Below, piece after piece: positions 27,981 through 37,578 of a stretch of 64,000 nucleotides of DNA (position 1 is the first letter of the stretch; every line of letters begins with the position of its first letter). Under the pieces are notes generated by a model. It saw nothing but the letters and a program-made list of their open reading frames with translations, did no database searches and was not told the origin of the DNA. Source of the stretch: Corynebacterium sp. (lineage in GTDB: Bacteria; Actinomycetota; Actinomycetes; Mycobacteriales; Mycobacteriaceae); assembly GCA_034179945.1 (NCBI GenBank), contig JAXFPD010000017.1:66238-130237 (forward strand), written 5' to 3'. Made by a program: the position numbers and the translations under genes.

Positions 27981-29318
27981 TTAAAACATCGGATCAAAGA
28001 AGGGGAGGGCACGCGGATGTGGATCCTCCCACGTGGACCGGTACTCAGCGGGCACCAGCCGCTTCGGCACCACAATGGAAAACACGTTTTCGGTGAACCA
28101 GTCACTGGTCATCGCCCCATAGCCCTCCCCGGAGAGCTTCTCACCCTTGTGGGCCGTCGTCCCCCATGAGTTCTCCACCCGCCAGATTCGGCTGGCCGGA
28201 TCGTAGCCGGTGAATACCATCCCGTGCGTGGGAGCAAGGTTGCGGGAAGAGACCTGATCGGACCGGGAAAACGCCGCCTGGGAGGTATTGATCCCATAGA
28301 GCTCATCGGTGGCGATAAGGCCGCGATCCCACGCCATATGCAGGGGGGAAAAGTCCGTGGAAACGTCGCAGGCAAACCACACCGGCACACCAGCATTCAT
28401 ACTCGCTACCGCCGCCTCGTGGAGAACCTCCATTGGGGCGTTGACAAACCGATACGTGGGGCTGCCCACCATGTTCGTGACATGCTCAATCGTGTAGGCG
28501 CGCCCCCACTCCTGCCCTGGGCGCGGATCGTAGGCCAACTCCATGAACTCACTGAGCTCACGGTCAAGGAACCGGGCGGCGAACTCACGCGGCGTGAACT
28601 CCCCGAGATCGTGGAAGTTCTTCTCCTTGTCCCGGTAGCGGAAGCGGAAGTGCTGCGGCGGCAGACCGAGGTGAATCGCCAGCACGCGGTGCACGTCAGT
28701 AAGAGCCTCATCGGTGGGAATATTCCGCGCCCACGCCCGGCGCACAATGGTGCGCACCGCCGCCGACGCAGCACGCGTATCCGTCGCCGAATGGGGATCC
28801 GGCATCACCGAGTGGGGGACCGCCCCATACTTGGCCACCAAGGCGGCATAGTAGGAGAACATGCCCCCGTCATCTCCAGAGCTCTGAAACAGCCACGAGA
28901 TGAGCCGATCACAATAGTCCTCCGTGAGCTCACAGGCCTGTGACTTCACCTCACCAGCCCGGATCGCCGCGAGGGTGGTCAGCGCATAGTGGGCCTTCTC
29001 CAACTTGTCATAGAAGTGGAGGTAGGCCTGGGAGAGTTCAAACTCCTCAGCGCCGAGGTCAGCGGCAATGGTGTGGCGGACAGCGTTAAACCCCGCGAAC
29101 ATCCAACACCGCCCAGAACTCTTCTGATCGGTGACCGTGAGCCGGTCGAGCTTGATCTCCGGTTCCCCGGCCAGGCCCACCAACCTCTCCCGGTCCAGAC
29201 CAATGGTGGCGATATCGACGCTGGTGACAGCGTTTTGAGTGACGGTGAGGTACGGGTCGCTCGTAGCGAGATCGGACAACCTCTCCACCACTGTGGGATT
29301 CAGGGTGTGAATACTCAT
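27981..29318 (-). CDS. C1B family cysteine peptidase (PepC-like), copy 2, with a shortened C-terminus
   Basis: The catalytic Cys (QKSSGRCW), His (THGMVFTGYD) and Asn (VENSWG) are all present. The protein ends ...FFDPMF. I used an internal ATG of ORF 27981..29648. Confidence 0.85.
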   Translation of the reverse strand: MSIHTLNPTVVERLSDLATSDPYLTVTQNAVTSVDIATIGLDRERLVGLAGEPEIKLDRLTVTDQKSSGRCWMFAGFNAVRHTIAADLGAEEFELSQAYLHFYDKLEKAHYALTTLAAIRAGEVKSQACELTEDYCDRLISWLFQSSGDDGGMFSYYAALVAKYGAVPHSVMPDPHSATDTRAASAAVRTIVRRAWARNIPTDEALTDVHRVLAIHLGLPPQHFRFRYRDKEKNFHDLGEFTPREFAARFLDRELSEFMELAYDPRPGQEWGRAYTIEHVTNMVGSPTYRFVNAPMEVLHEAAVASMNAGVPVWFACDVSTDFSPLHMAWDRGLIATDELYGINTSQAAFSRSDQVSSRNLAPTHGMVFTGYDPASRIWRVENSWGTTAHKGEKLSGEGYGAMTSDWFTENVFSIVVPKRLVPAEYRSTWEDPHPRALPFFDPMF

Positions 29319-29361
29319 GGCTAACACACTAGCGCGCCGGGGACAGACTACGGTGGACACT

Positions 29362-31044
29362 ATGACTGACACCGTCACCACTGTTCCCTCCGATGTGGAG
29401 ATCGCCCAGGCACACCACCTCGTGCCCATTGAAACCATCGCCCACAAGGCCGGTATTCCCGCCGATGCCGTCATCGCCTTCGGTCGCTCGAAAGCAAAAC
29501 TCGATGTCACCCACCTGCCGCAGGACAACCCCGGGGCCCTCGTTCTGGTCACGGCGATGTCGCCGACACCGGCGGGGGAGGGCAAGACCACCACGCTCAT
29601 CGGCCTCGCCGATGCCCTCGCCCTCGAGGGGAGGAATGTCATGGTCACCCTGCGCGAACCCTCCCAGGGTCCGGTGATGGGGTTGAAGGGAGGGGCTGCC
29701 GGGGGCGGCTACTCCCAGGTGGTGCCGATGGAGGACATCAACCTCCACTTCACCGGGGATTTTCACGCCATCGCTGCTGCAAACAACACGATTGCGGCGG
29801 TGCTCGACTCCCACATCAACCACGACAATGAACTCGGCATTGACCCGCGCCAGATCACGTGGCGGCGCTGCCTCGACGTCAACGACCGCTCCCTGCGCCA
29901 CATTGTCACCGGCTTGGGAGGAAAATCCCAGGGCACGCCGAGGGAAACCGGGTTTGATATCACCGCTGCGAGTGAGCTCATGGCCGTGCTCTGCCTTGCC
30001 GAGGATCTCAGTGACCTGCGGGCGCGGATTGAGCGCATCGTCGTCGGCTACTCCTACAGTGGGGAGCCGGTCACCGTTGGCCAACTGGGGGTGGCCGGGG
30101 CTGCAGCCGCTCTCCTCAAGGACGCGATCCGGCCGAACCTCGTGCAAACCCTCGGTGGGGTGCCCGCCCTCATCCACGGCGGCCCCTTCGCCAACATTGC
30201 CCACGGCACAAACTCCATCATCGCCACCCGGGCGGCCCAGTCCGTGGCGGACTATGTGTGTATTGAGGCCGGGTTTGGCTCTGACCTCGGCGCCGAGAAA
30301 TTCTATGACATTGTGGCCCCCACCGGCGGGTTCTCTGTGGCAACGACTGTTGTGGTGGCGACAATCCGCGCCCTGAAATACAACGGTGGGGTCGCCCGCG
30401 AGGACCTCAACGCGGAGAATCTGTCCGCCCTCGAGGCGGGTGCGGCGAACCTCACCCGCCACGTGAACAATGTGCGAAAGTTCGGCTCCTCCCCGATTGT
30501 TGCCCTCAACATGTTCACCTCCGACAGTCCTGCCGAGGTGGAATGGCTCATGGAGTGGGGGCGCACCCACGATGTGCCCGTCGTCCACACCCGCGGGTGG
30601 GAGCACGGTGGCGAGGGGGCACGTGAGCTCGCGCGCACCGTCATCGCCGCTGTCGAGGACGCCGTACACCGCTCCCATCCGCTCTATGATCCAGCCGACG
30701 GGCTTGAGCACTCCATTGAGACGATTGCCCGGGAGATCTACGGCGCCGACGCGGTGCACTATTCGGCGACGGCGCGCACCCAACTCGCCCAGATTGTGCG
30801 CAACGGGTGGGACACGCTGCCGGTGTGTATCTCAAAGACGCAGTACTCCTTTAGCGATGATGCTGCCCTCCTCGGCGCGCCCACCGGCTTTGTTCTCCAC
30901 ATTCGCTCGCTGGTGCCAAAGATCGGTGCCGGGTTTATTGTGGCGCTCACCGGCTCGGTGATGACGCTGCCCGGTTTGGGCAAGCATCCGGCGGCGATGA
31001 ACATTGACATCGACGGGGAGGGAACGATCAGCGGCCTGTTTTAA
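29362..31044 (+). CDS. fhs: formate--tetrahydrofolate ligase
   Basis: The P-loop is SPTPAGEGKTT, and the product is Fhs-like over its full length. The start could be 29362 or 29317. Confidence 0.9.
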   Translation: MTDTVTTVPSDVEIAQAHHLVPIETIAHKAGIPADAVIAFGRSKAKLDVTHLPQDNPGALVLVTAMSPTPAGEGKTTTLIGLADALALEGRNVMVTLREPSQGPVMGLKGGAAGGGYSQVVPMEDINLHFTGDFHAIAAANNTIAAVLDSHINHDNELGIDPRQITWRRCLDVNDRSLRHIVTGLGGKSQGTPRETGFDITAASELMAVLCLAEDLSDLRARIERIVVGYSYSGEPVTVGQLGVAGAAAALLKDAIRPNLVQTLGGVPALIHGGPFANIAHGTNSIIATRAAQSVADYVCIEAGFGSDLGAEKFYDIVAPTGGFSVATTVVVATIRALKYNGGVAREDLNAENLSALEAGAANLTRHVNNVRKFGSSPIVALNMFTSDSPAEVEWLMEWGRTHDVPVVHTRGWEHGGEGARELARTVIAAVEDAVHRSHPLYDPADGLEHSIETIAREIYGADAVHYSATARTQLAQIVRNGWDTLPVCISKTQYSFSDDAALLGAPTGFVLHIRSLVPKIGAGFIVALTGSVMTLPGLGKHPAAMNIDIDGEGTISGLF

Positions 31045-31856
31045 CGGTCATTGGGCCAGCCGGGATACGGCGGCGGGGTGCCGCCGAACACCGGGCAGTG
31101 GGCCTGGTAGTCACACCAGTCGCAGAGCCTCGACGGGCGCGGCGCGAAGGTGCCGGCCCGCCCATCGGCGACGATGGCGGCCCACAGGCTGGCCAGGCGC
31201 TGCTCGGTGGTTTCGAGCTCCGTGTGGGTGGGGTGGTGGATGAAGTTGTACTGGGGGCTCAAAAACATGAGCCGCAGCTCAGCGGGAATCTCCCCGCGGG
31301 TGCGCCACCACACGAGGGCATAAAACAGCAACTGTTCGAGGTACTGCTGCTCGTTGAAGCGGTTTGGCTTCTTCCCGGTCTTGTAGTCGACGATGCGGAC
31401 CAACCCGCTCGGGCTTACATCGACCCGGTCAATGATGCCGCGCAGGGGCACCTCCTCCCCGTCGATCCCGGGAATGGTCAGGGAGATAAACAGTTCGCGT
31501 TCCCCGTCGCCGAGGCCCTGCGGATTCTCCATGGTGAAGTAGCCCTTGATGAGTTCGCGGCAGCGGACAAAGAAGTCCATCCGGTCGGCTTCTCCGATGA
31601 GCTCGCCGAGGGCGGGATCGGCGGCAAGCGCGGCCTCCCAGGCGGGAACGATCATCTTCACCGCGCGCGGGTAGGTGCGTTCTGCGGCGGGCAGGGCGAG
31701 GGTGTCCTCCAACACCTTGTGCACGAGGGTGCCTGTGATGAGGTGCACCTTTGGCTCCTGGGGGAGTTTGTCCACCACCGCAAACCGAAAGGAGAGGGGG
31801 CACTTCGTGTAGTCGTGGGCGCGGGAGGGGGAGAGGGCAACCGGTGGGTGGGGCAT
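31041..31856 (-). CDS. RecB-family PD-(D/E)XK nuclease with a Cas4/AddB-like 4-Cys cluster
   Basis: The nuclease motifs IIDRVD and VDYKTGK are present. There is one N-terminal Cys (YTKCP) and a C-terminal CDWCDYQAHCP. The gene shares TTAA with the fhs stop. Confidence 0.75.
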   Translation of the reverse strand: MPHPPVALSPSRAHDYTKCPLSFRFAVVDKLPQEPKVHLITGTLVHKVLEDTLALPAAERTYPRAVKMIVPAWEAALAADPALGELIGEADRMDFFVRCRELIKGYFTMENPQGLGDGERELFISLTIPGIDGEEVPLRGIIDRVDVSPSGLVRIVDYKTGKKPNRFNEQQYLEQLLFYALVWWRTRGEIPAELRLMFLSPQYNFIHHPTHTELETTEQRLASLWAAIVADGRAGTFAPRPSRLCDWCDYQAHCPVFGGTPPPYPGWPNDR

Positions 31857-31920
31857 GGCACCAGCCTACACGCGCCCCACCGGCTGCCAATCACCGGCGA
31901 GTTCGTGGTTTACTTGTTGT

Positions 31921-33150
31921 ATGCAACTGGTCGAGGAGTTTTGCACCTTCATCCAATCCGCCCCGAGCTCGTATCACGCCGCCGAGGCCGCCGCCGGAAT
32001 CGCCACAGCAGCCGGTTTCAGCCGTGTTGGCTTCGCCGACCCTCACGCCGATCTCGCCAGCCCTGGCGGCCACGTCTGCGTTCTCGAGGGGGCGGCCATC
32101 GCCTGGTGGGTGCCGGAATCCCCGTTCACGGCCGCCCGCCTCGTCGGCGCCCACACGGACTCACCCGGCTTCAAACTCAAACCCACCCCGCAGTCGAACG
32201 CGTCCGGGTTCGCTCGCGCCTGTGTTGAGGTGTACGGCGGTGCCATCCTCTCCTCATGGTTTGACCGCGAACTCGTCCTCGCTGGGCAGGTGCACACCCG
32301 GGATGGGGCCCGGCTCATCACCACCGACCCGATTTTCCGGATCAGCCATCTGGCAATCCACCTCGACCGCTCCGTTAACGAATCCTTCGCCCCGAACCGC
32401 CAGGTGGAAGTTCAGCCGATGTTTGGGATGGACGGTGATGACCTCCTCGAGATCATCGCCACTGCCGCCGGCATTTCCGCCTCGGACCTCCTCACGTGGG
32501 ACCTCATCACCTGTGCGGCCCAACCCCCGGCCCTGACCGGGGCGCAGGGCAGCTGGCTGGCCAGTTGCCGGTTGGACAATCTGTCCTCGGTGTTCCCCGC
32601 CTTCACCGCCCTCACCCGCGCCGAAAAGTCCGATACCCTGCTCATCGCCGTCGCCTTCGACCATGAGGAGGTCGGTTCAGCCTCCGCGACGGGTGCCGGT
32701 GGGCGCATCCTCGAATCCCTCCTCACCCGCATCTGCGGGGGTGACCGGGTCCAGCTGGAGAACCTGCTGGCCAACTCGGTGATGGTGTCGGCCGATGCCG
32801 CCCACTCCATTCATCCGAACTACGCCACCCGCCACGATCCGGACACCTACCCTGTCCTTGGCGGCGGTCCGGTGGTGAAGTTCAACGCCAATCAGCGCTA
32901 CGCCACCACACCCCACACGGCCGCCATCTTCACCGAGGCGGCCCGCCGGGCCGGGGTGGCGGTGCAGCAGTTCGTCTCCAACAACACGGTGCCGTGCGGG
33001 TCAACGATCGGCCCCGCCCTGTCCACCCGGATGGGGATACCCACCGTCGATGTGGGGGTGCCGCTGCTGAGCATGCACTCGGCGCGGGAGCTCGCCGATA
33101 TCGGTGACATCGCCGACCTCACCGCCACACTGGTGGCGTTCTATGAGTGA
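31921..33150 (+). CDS. M18 family aminopeptidase (aspartyl aminopeptidase-like)
   Basis: The N-terminus is M18-like (F...SPSSYHA), and the metal-ligand regions FDHEEVGS and SMHSARE are present. Confidence 0.85.
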   Translation: MQLVEEFCTFIQSAPSSYHAAEAAAGIATAAGFSRVGFADPHADLASPGGHVCVLEGAAIAWWVPESPFTAARLVGAHTDSPGFKLKPTPQSNASGFARACVEVYGGAILSSWFDRELVLAGQVHTRDGARLITTDPIFRISHLAIHLDRSVNESFAPNRQVEVQPMFGMDGDDLLEIIATAAGISASDLLTWDLITCAAQPPALTGAQGSWLASCRLDNLSSVFPAFTALTRAEKSDTLLIAVAFDHEEVGSASATGAGGRILESLLTRICGGDRVQLENLLANSVMVSADAAHSIHPNYATRHDPDTYPVLGGGPVVKFNANQRYATTPHTAAIFTEAARRAGVAVQQFVSNNTVPCGSTIGPALSTRMGIPTVDVGVPLLSMHSARELADIGDIADLTATLVAFYE

Positions 33151-33163
33151 GGAGGCAGGAGCA

Positions 33164-33631
33164 ATGGACATCATCGATCACGTCGATGGCCTTGTGCGCC
33201 AGCTCGGCGCCTCAGACGCCTACGATCTCGCCCGGTTCGCCGGGTGGGCCCTGTTCCGGGCCGCCACCTATCCGGCGGTGCGGTTCGATGCCGTCGCCGC
33301 CACCGATCTCGCCCGCCTACTTTTCGACGGCGAAACCACCCTCCCCGACCACCTTCACCTTCACCCCGGTGACAACCCCGACCAGCAGGCCTACGCCGAC
33401 GAGGTGGAGGAGGCCGCCCAGGCAGCTGTGCGCGCGTTCACGGAACACGATGTGGAGGCGGCGGCCGCCGTCGCGGAGGCAGTCCTCAACATGATTCTCT
33501 ACGCCACCTACCCGGCAGAGGAAGCACCCCTCGCCGCCGAGATGGCTGCCCAGGCGGCGATGGCGGAGGCGATCATCACCGCCCAACCGCACCTGCGCGT
33601 CGAGAGCACCCACCCACAGAAAGAAGCATAA
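33164..33631 (+). CDS. acidic Ala-rich hypothetical protein (155 aa)
   Basis: This uses an internal ATG with ggagg upstream. I recognise no motif. Confidence 0.45.
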   Translation: MDIIDHVDGLVRQLGASDAYDLARFAGWALFRAATYPAVRFDAVAATDLARLLFDGETTLPDHLHLHPGDNPDQQAYADEVEEAAQAAVRAFTEHDVEAAAAVAEAVLNMILYATYPAEEAPLAAEMAAQAAMAEAIITAQPHLRVESTHPQKEA

Positions 33632-33633
33632 CC

Positions 33634-34470
33634 ATGGCCTTTTCCGGAAACTTCGCCCCCGGCGACCGGGTTCAGTTGACCGACCAACGCCGCCGCCACC
33701 ACACCATCACCCTCGCCGCAGGCACGAGCTACTTCACCAACAAGGGCGAGATCAAACACGATGCAATCATCGGCCAACCCGAGGGCAGTGTGGTCACCTC
33801 CTCCGTGGGGGAAGACTACCTGTGCTTCCGCCACCTCATGGTGGATCACATTCTCTCCATGCCGCGCGGGGCGGCGGTGATCTACCCGAAGGATATCGGC
33901 CAAATCCTCGTCGAAGGCGATATTTTCCCCGGGGCGCGGGTGCTCGAGGCCGGCGCGGGTTCCGGGGCCCTGTCCATGGCCCTGTTGCGCGCCATCGGGC
34001 CGGCAGGCACGCTCATCTCCTACGAGATCCGGGAGGATCACCTCGAGTTTGCACAGAAGAACGTTGCCGGATACTTTGGGGACCTGCCCGCCAACTGGCA
34101 GCCCGTTCTCGGTGACCTCTCCACCGTGCGCGCGGCTGACATCGGTGGGCAAGTTGACCGGATCGTCCTGGATATGGTGGAGCCGTGGACGTGCCTGGAG
34201 GCGGTGACGGATCTGCTCACCCCCGGCGGGGTGTTTATGACCTATGTGCCGACGGTACCCCAGCTCATGAAGATTGTTGAGGGGATGCGGGAGACGAAGT
34301 GCTTCACCGAACCGCGCCAGTGGGAGACACTGTTGCGCGAGTGGCATGTGGAGGATTTGGCGGTGCGCCCCGAACACCGGATGAATGCGCACACCGCGTT
34401 CCTCGTGTGGGGGCGGCGTCTCGCCCCCGGAATGACCCCTCCGCGCCCGAAGCGGCGCGTGCGGAAGTAA
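33634..34470 (+). CDS. trmI: tRNA (adenine58-N1)-methyltransferase
   Basis: A SAM motif (VLEAGAGSGALS) is present. The position upstream of arc matches mycobacteria. Confidence 0.85.
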   Translation: MAFSGNFAPGDRVQLTDQRRRHHTITLAAGTSYFTNKGEIKHDAIIGQPEGSVVTSSVGEDYLCFRHLMVDHILSMPRGAAVIYPKDIGQILVEGDIFPGARVLEAGAGSGALSMALLRAIGPAGTLISYEIREDHLEFAQKNVAGYFGDLPANWQPVLGDLSTVRAADIGGQVDRIVLDMVEPWTCLEAVTDLLTPGGVFMTYVPTVPQLMKIVEGMRETKCFTEPRQWETLLREWHVEDLAVRPEHRMNAHTAFLVWGRRLAPGMTPPRPKRRVRK

Positions 34471-34486
34471 GCGACGGAGACCGATC

Positions 34487-35839
34487 ATGGCTATGGAGGA
34501 GACCCGGCTGCGCGAGCGCAACCGCGCCCTTGTGGAGCACCTGTCCGCCGCGCGCGTCGAGCTGAAACGCCTGCGCAGCGCCATCGAGGAGTTGAACACT
34601 CCACCGCTGGAATACGGGGTGTTCCTCGGGTGGACCCGGCCCGGCCAGGCGGAGGTGTTCACCCGCAACCGGAGGCTGCGCGTCCATGTGGCCCCGGAGG
34701 CCGATGTGGCCGGTGTGGACCGGGGAATGCTCGTGGCATTGGGGCCCGGCGACGTCCTCGTCGCCACCGCAGGCTACCCCACCGGTGGGCAGATAGCGAC
34801 GGTGGCGGAGGTACTGGCCGATGGGCGCGCCGTCGTCTCCTCGATCACGGGGGAGCGCAGTGTCGTCGAGCTGTCGGAGCGCGCCCGTCACAACGTGCAG
34901 CCGGGCGTGACGGTGCTTGTCGATACGCGCGCCCATGTCGCCAGCGACGTGGTCGCCGTGACGGAGTTGAAGCGGCTCAACCTCGTCGAGGTGCCCGATG
35001 TCGCATGGGACGATATTGGCGGCCTCGATGCCCAAATTGCGGCCATCCGCGACGGGGTGGAACTGCCATTCACCCACCCGGAGCTCTTCCACACCTATCA
35101 GCTCACCCCACCAAAGGGACTGTTGCTATACGGGCCACCCGGGTGCGGGAAGACACTCATCGCCAAGGCCGTGGCCAATTCGCTCGCGGAGCGGATGGGT
35201 GGGGGCACCTCCTCGTACTTCCTCAACATCAAGGGCCCGGAACTGCTCAGCAAGTTCGTTGGGGAGACCGAACGCCAGATCCGCGTCGTCTTTGAGCAGG
35301 CCCGCGAGGTGGCTGCTGAGGATCACCCGGTCATTGTCTTCTTCGATGAGATGGAGTCGATCTTCCGCACCCGCGGTTCCGGGGTGAGCTCGGACATGGA
35401 GACGACCGTCGTCCCGCAGCTGCTTGCGGAACTCGACGGGGTGGAACAGCTCTCCAATGTTGTCATCATCGGGGCGACAAACCGGCCGGAACTCATCGAT
35501 CCGGCGCTGCTGCGCCCGGGCCGACTCGACGTGAAGATTCACATCGGTCGCCCCGACCGGGCCGGGGCAGCCGACATTTTCCGGCGCCACCTCACCGAGA
35601 ACATCCCCACCGATCGGCCCACCAGCGAGCTCATTGAGCATGCGGTGGAGTGCCTCTTCGCACCGGGTTCAGCGGCAGCCGAGCTCGTATCCGGGGCGAT
35701 GATCGCCAACATCGTCGACCGGGCAAAGAAGGCGGCGATCAAGGCGGCTATCGATGGTGATCCGCGCGGCATCACCGCGCAGCAGCTCGCGGCGGCGGTG
35801 GCTGCGGAGCTACAGGAAACGACGGAGGAGAAGTCATGA
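34487..35839 (+). CDS. arc: AAA ATPase forming ring-shaped complexes (ARC, Mpa orthologue)
   Basis: The product has an N-terminal coiled coil and two OB-like segments. Walker A is GPPGCGKT and Walker B is [10 protein letters not shown]. The stop overlaps the dop start as ATGA. Confidence 0.9.
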   Translation: MAMEETRLRERNRALVEHLSAARVELKRLRSAIEELNTPPLEYGVFLGWTRPGQAEVFTRNRRLRVHVAPEADVAGVDRGMLVALGPGDVLVATAGYPTGGQIATVAEVLADGRAVVSSITGERSVVELSERARHNVQPGVTVLVDTRAHVASDVVAVTELKRLNLVEVPDVAWDDIGGLDAQIAAIRDGVELPFTHPELFHTYQLTPPKGLLLYGPPGCGKTLIAKAVANSLAERMGGGTSSYFLNIKGPELLSKFVGETERQIRVVFEQAREVAAEDHPVIVFFDEMESIFRTRGSGVSSDMETTVVPQLLAELDGVEQLSNVVIIGATNRPELIDPALLRPGRLDVKIHIGRPDRAGAADIFRRHLTENIPTDRPTSELIEHAVECLFAPGSAAAELVSGAMIANIVDRAKKAAIKAAIDGDPRGITAQQLAAAVAAELQETTEEKS

Positions 35840-37362
35840 GCACAGTTGTTCCCCGTGCCCTCGGCACCGAGGTGGAGTACGGGATCCTTGCCCCGAGCCA
35901 GCCGGCGGTAAGCCCGATCATCACCTCCTCCCATGTGGTCGTGGCCTATGCTGCCCACACCGCCTACGGTCACACCCAGTGGGACTTTGCCGGTGAATCC
36001 CCCCTGAAAGATCAGCGCGGGTTTGATCTGCGCCGCTACCACACCGTCCCGAACATCGGGGCCCGCCAGGTGGGCCAGGCCAGTCTCATGGTGGCCAATG
36101 GGGCCCGCTTCTACGTTGACCACGCCCACCCGGAGTACTCCTCCCCGGAGACGTTTTCGGCCGCCGACGCCACCCTGTGGGATGCGGCCGGGGTGGAGAT
36201 TATGCGCCGCAGCGTTGCCGCCGTCGACGAGTTCACCGCCCGTGGCGAGTCCGCCCTCACCGGCCATCCGCCCGCCCCGGTGGGGTTGAAGATTTACCGC
36301 AACAATGTGGACGGGAAGGGTGCAAGCTACGGCGCCCACGAGAACTACCTGTATTCCCGGGAGCTCGACTTCACGCGCCTCGCCGCCGGGTTGACCCCGT
36401 TCTTGGCCACCCGGCAGGTGTTTGCCGGGGCGGGACGGATCGGGATTGGGGTGGAAAGTGAGACGGCAGGGTTCCAAATCTCCCAGCGCGCCGACTACAT
36501 TGCCACCACCATCTCCCTGGAGACCACACTCAACCGGGGCATCATCAACACGCGCGATGAACCCCACACCGATGGGGAACAGTTCGGTCGGCTCCATGTC
36601 ATCATCGGGGATGCGAACATGTCCCAGACAGCGACCTACCTGAAACTGGGCAGCACGAGCCTCGTTCTCGACGCCCTCGAGGCCGATATCGACTTCTCCG
36701 ACCTCGAACTGGCCGACCCGGTCGGCGCGGTGCATGCAATCTCCCACGATCCGACCCTTTCGGTGCGGGTGCCGCTGCGCGATGGGCGCGAGCTCACCGG
36801 CGTGGAGATCCAGCGCGAATACCATGCGCGGGTGCGTCCGGTGAGCGACGATGCCCGCGCGGTGTGGCAGCGGTGGGGGGAGGTCCTTGACCTATTGGCC
36901 ACCGATCCGGCGGCGACGGCACACCTGCTTGACTGGACGGCGAAGCTCGCCCTCCTCGAGGGCTTCCGCCGCCGGGGAATGGCGTGGTCAGATCCCAAGC
37001 TGAGCCTCGTTGACCTGCAATATCACGATATTGATCCGGCGAAGTCCCTGTACAGTGCCCTCGTGCGGCGCGGGCAGATGGTGGAGATGTTCGACCACGA
37101 TCGGGTGGTGTGGGCTGCAGACAATCCTCCGGAAACCTCGCGCGCCTATTTCCGTGGCCGGGTGATGGACCTCTACGGGGCGCATGTGCGGGCGGTGAAC
37201 TGGGCAGAGATCGTCCTCGCCGATCCCGACATCGTCGTGGACATGTCTGAGGTCAGTTCCTTCACCGCCGCCGACACGGAGATGCTCGTTGCCGATGAGC
37301 CCGAGTACCCTGGGTTTGTGCGCCGCCTTGAGCAGCTGCTCGGTGAAACAGGGCGCAGATAA
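35836..37362 (+). CDS. dop: Pup deamidase/depupylase
   Basis: The product belongs to the Dop/PafA family (GTEVEYGI...), and the gene is positioned between arc and pup. Confidence 0.9.
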   Translation: MSTVVPRALGTEVEYGILAPSQPAVSPIITSSHVVVAYAAHTAYGHTQWDFAGESPLKDQRGFDLRRYHTVPNIGARQVGQASLMVANGARFYVDHAHPEYSSPETFSAADATLWDAAGVEIMRRSVAAVDEFTARGESALTGHPPAPVGLKIYRNNVDGKGASYGAHENYLYSRELDFTRLAAGLTPFLATRQVFAGAGRIGIGVESETAGFQISQRADYIATTISLETTLNRGIINTRDEPHTDGEQFGRLHVIIGDANMSQTATYLKLGSTSLVLDALEADIDFSDLELADPVGAVHAISHDPTLSVRVPLRDGRELTGVEIQREYHARVRPVSDDARAVWQRWGEVLDLLATDPAATAHLLDWTAKLALLEGFRRRGMAWSDPKLSLVDLQYHDIDPAKSLYSALVRRGQMVEMFDHDRVVWAADNPPETSRAYFRGRVMDLYGAHVRAVNWAEIVLADPDIVVDMSEVSSFTAADTEMLVADEPEYPGFVRRLEQLLGETGRR

Positions 37363-37389
37363 GATCATTCCGAGGAGAGGAGGACCACA

Positions 37390-37578
37390 ATGGATACCCA
37401 GGTGAGCGCCACAGGTGGCACGCCGAAGGGCGAGGACACCGACGCGGCAGAGGCGGCGCCCGGCACCGTCCAGATCGATGTGGCAGGCACAGACAGTCTG
37501 CTCGATGAGATCGACGAGCTATTGGAAACCAACGCGGAGGAGTTCGTCAGCGCCTACGTGCAAAAGGGCGGCCAATAG
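37390..37578 (+). CDS. pup: prokaryotic ubiquitin-like protein Pup
   Basis: The 62-aa acidic product ends ...EEFVSAYVQKGGQ. Confidence 0.95.
   Translation: MDTQVSATGGTPKGEDTDAAEAAPGTVQIDVAGTDSLLDEIDELLETNAEEFVSAYVQKGGQ

Noticed and set aside
31041-31044. fhs and the RecB-like nuclease gene converge and share TTAA as both stop codons, which might be a regulatory oddity.
   Set aside because: This is a trivial consequence of the palindromic TTAA. No terminator or further structure is associated with it.
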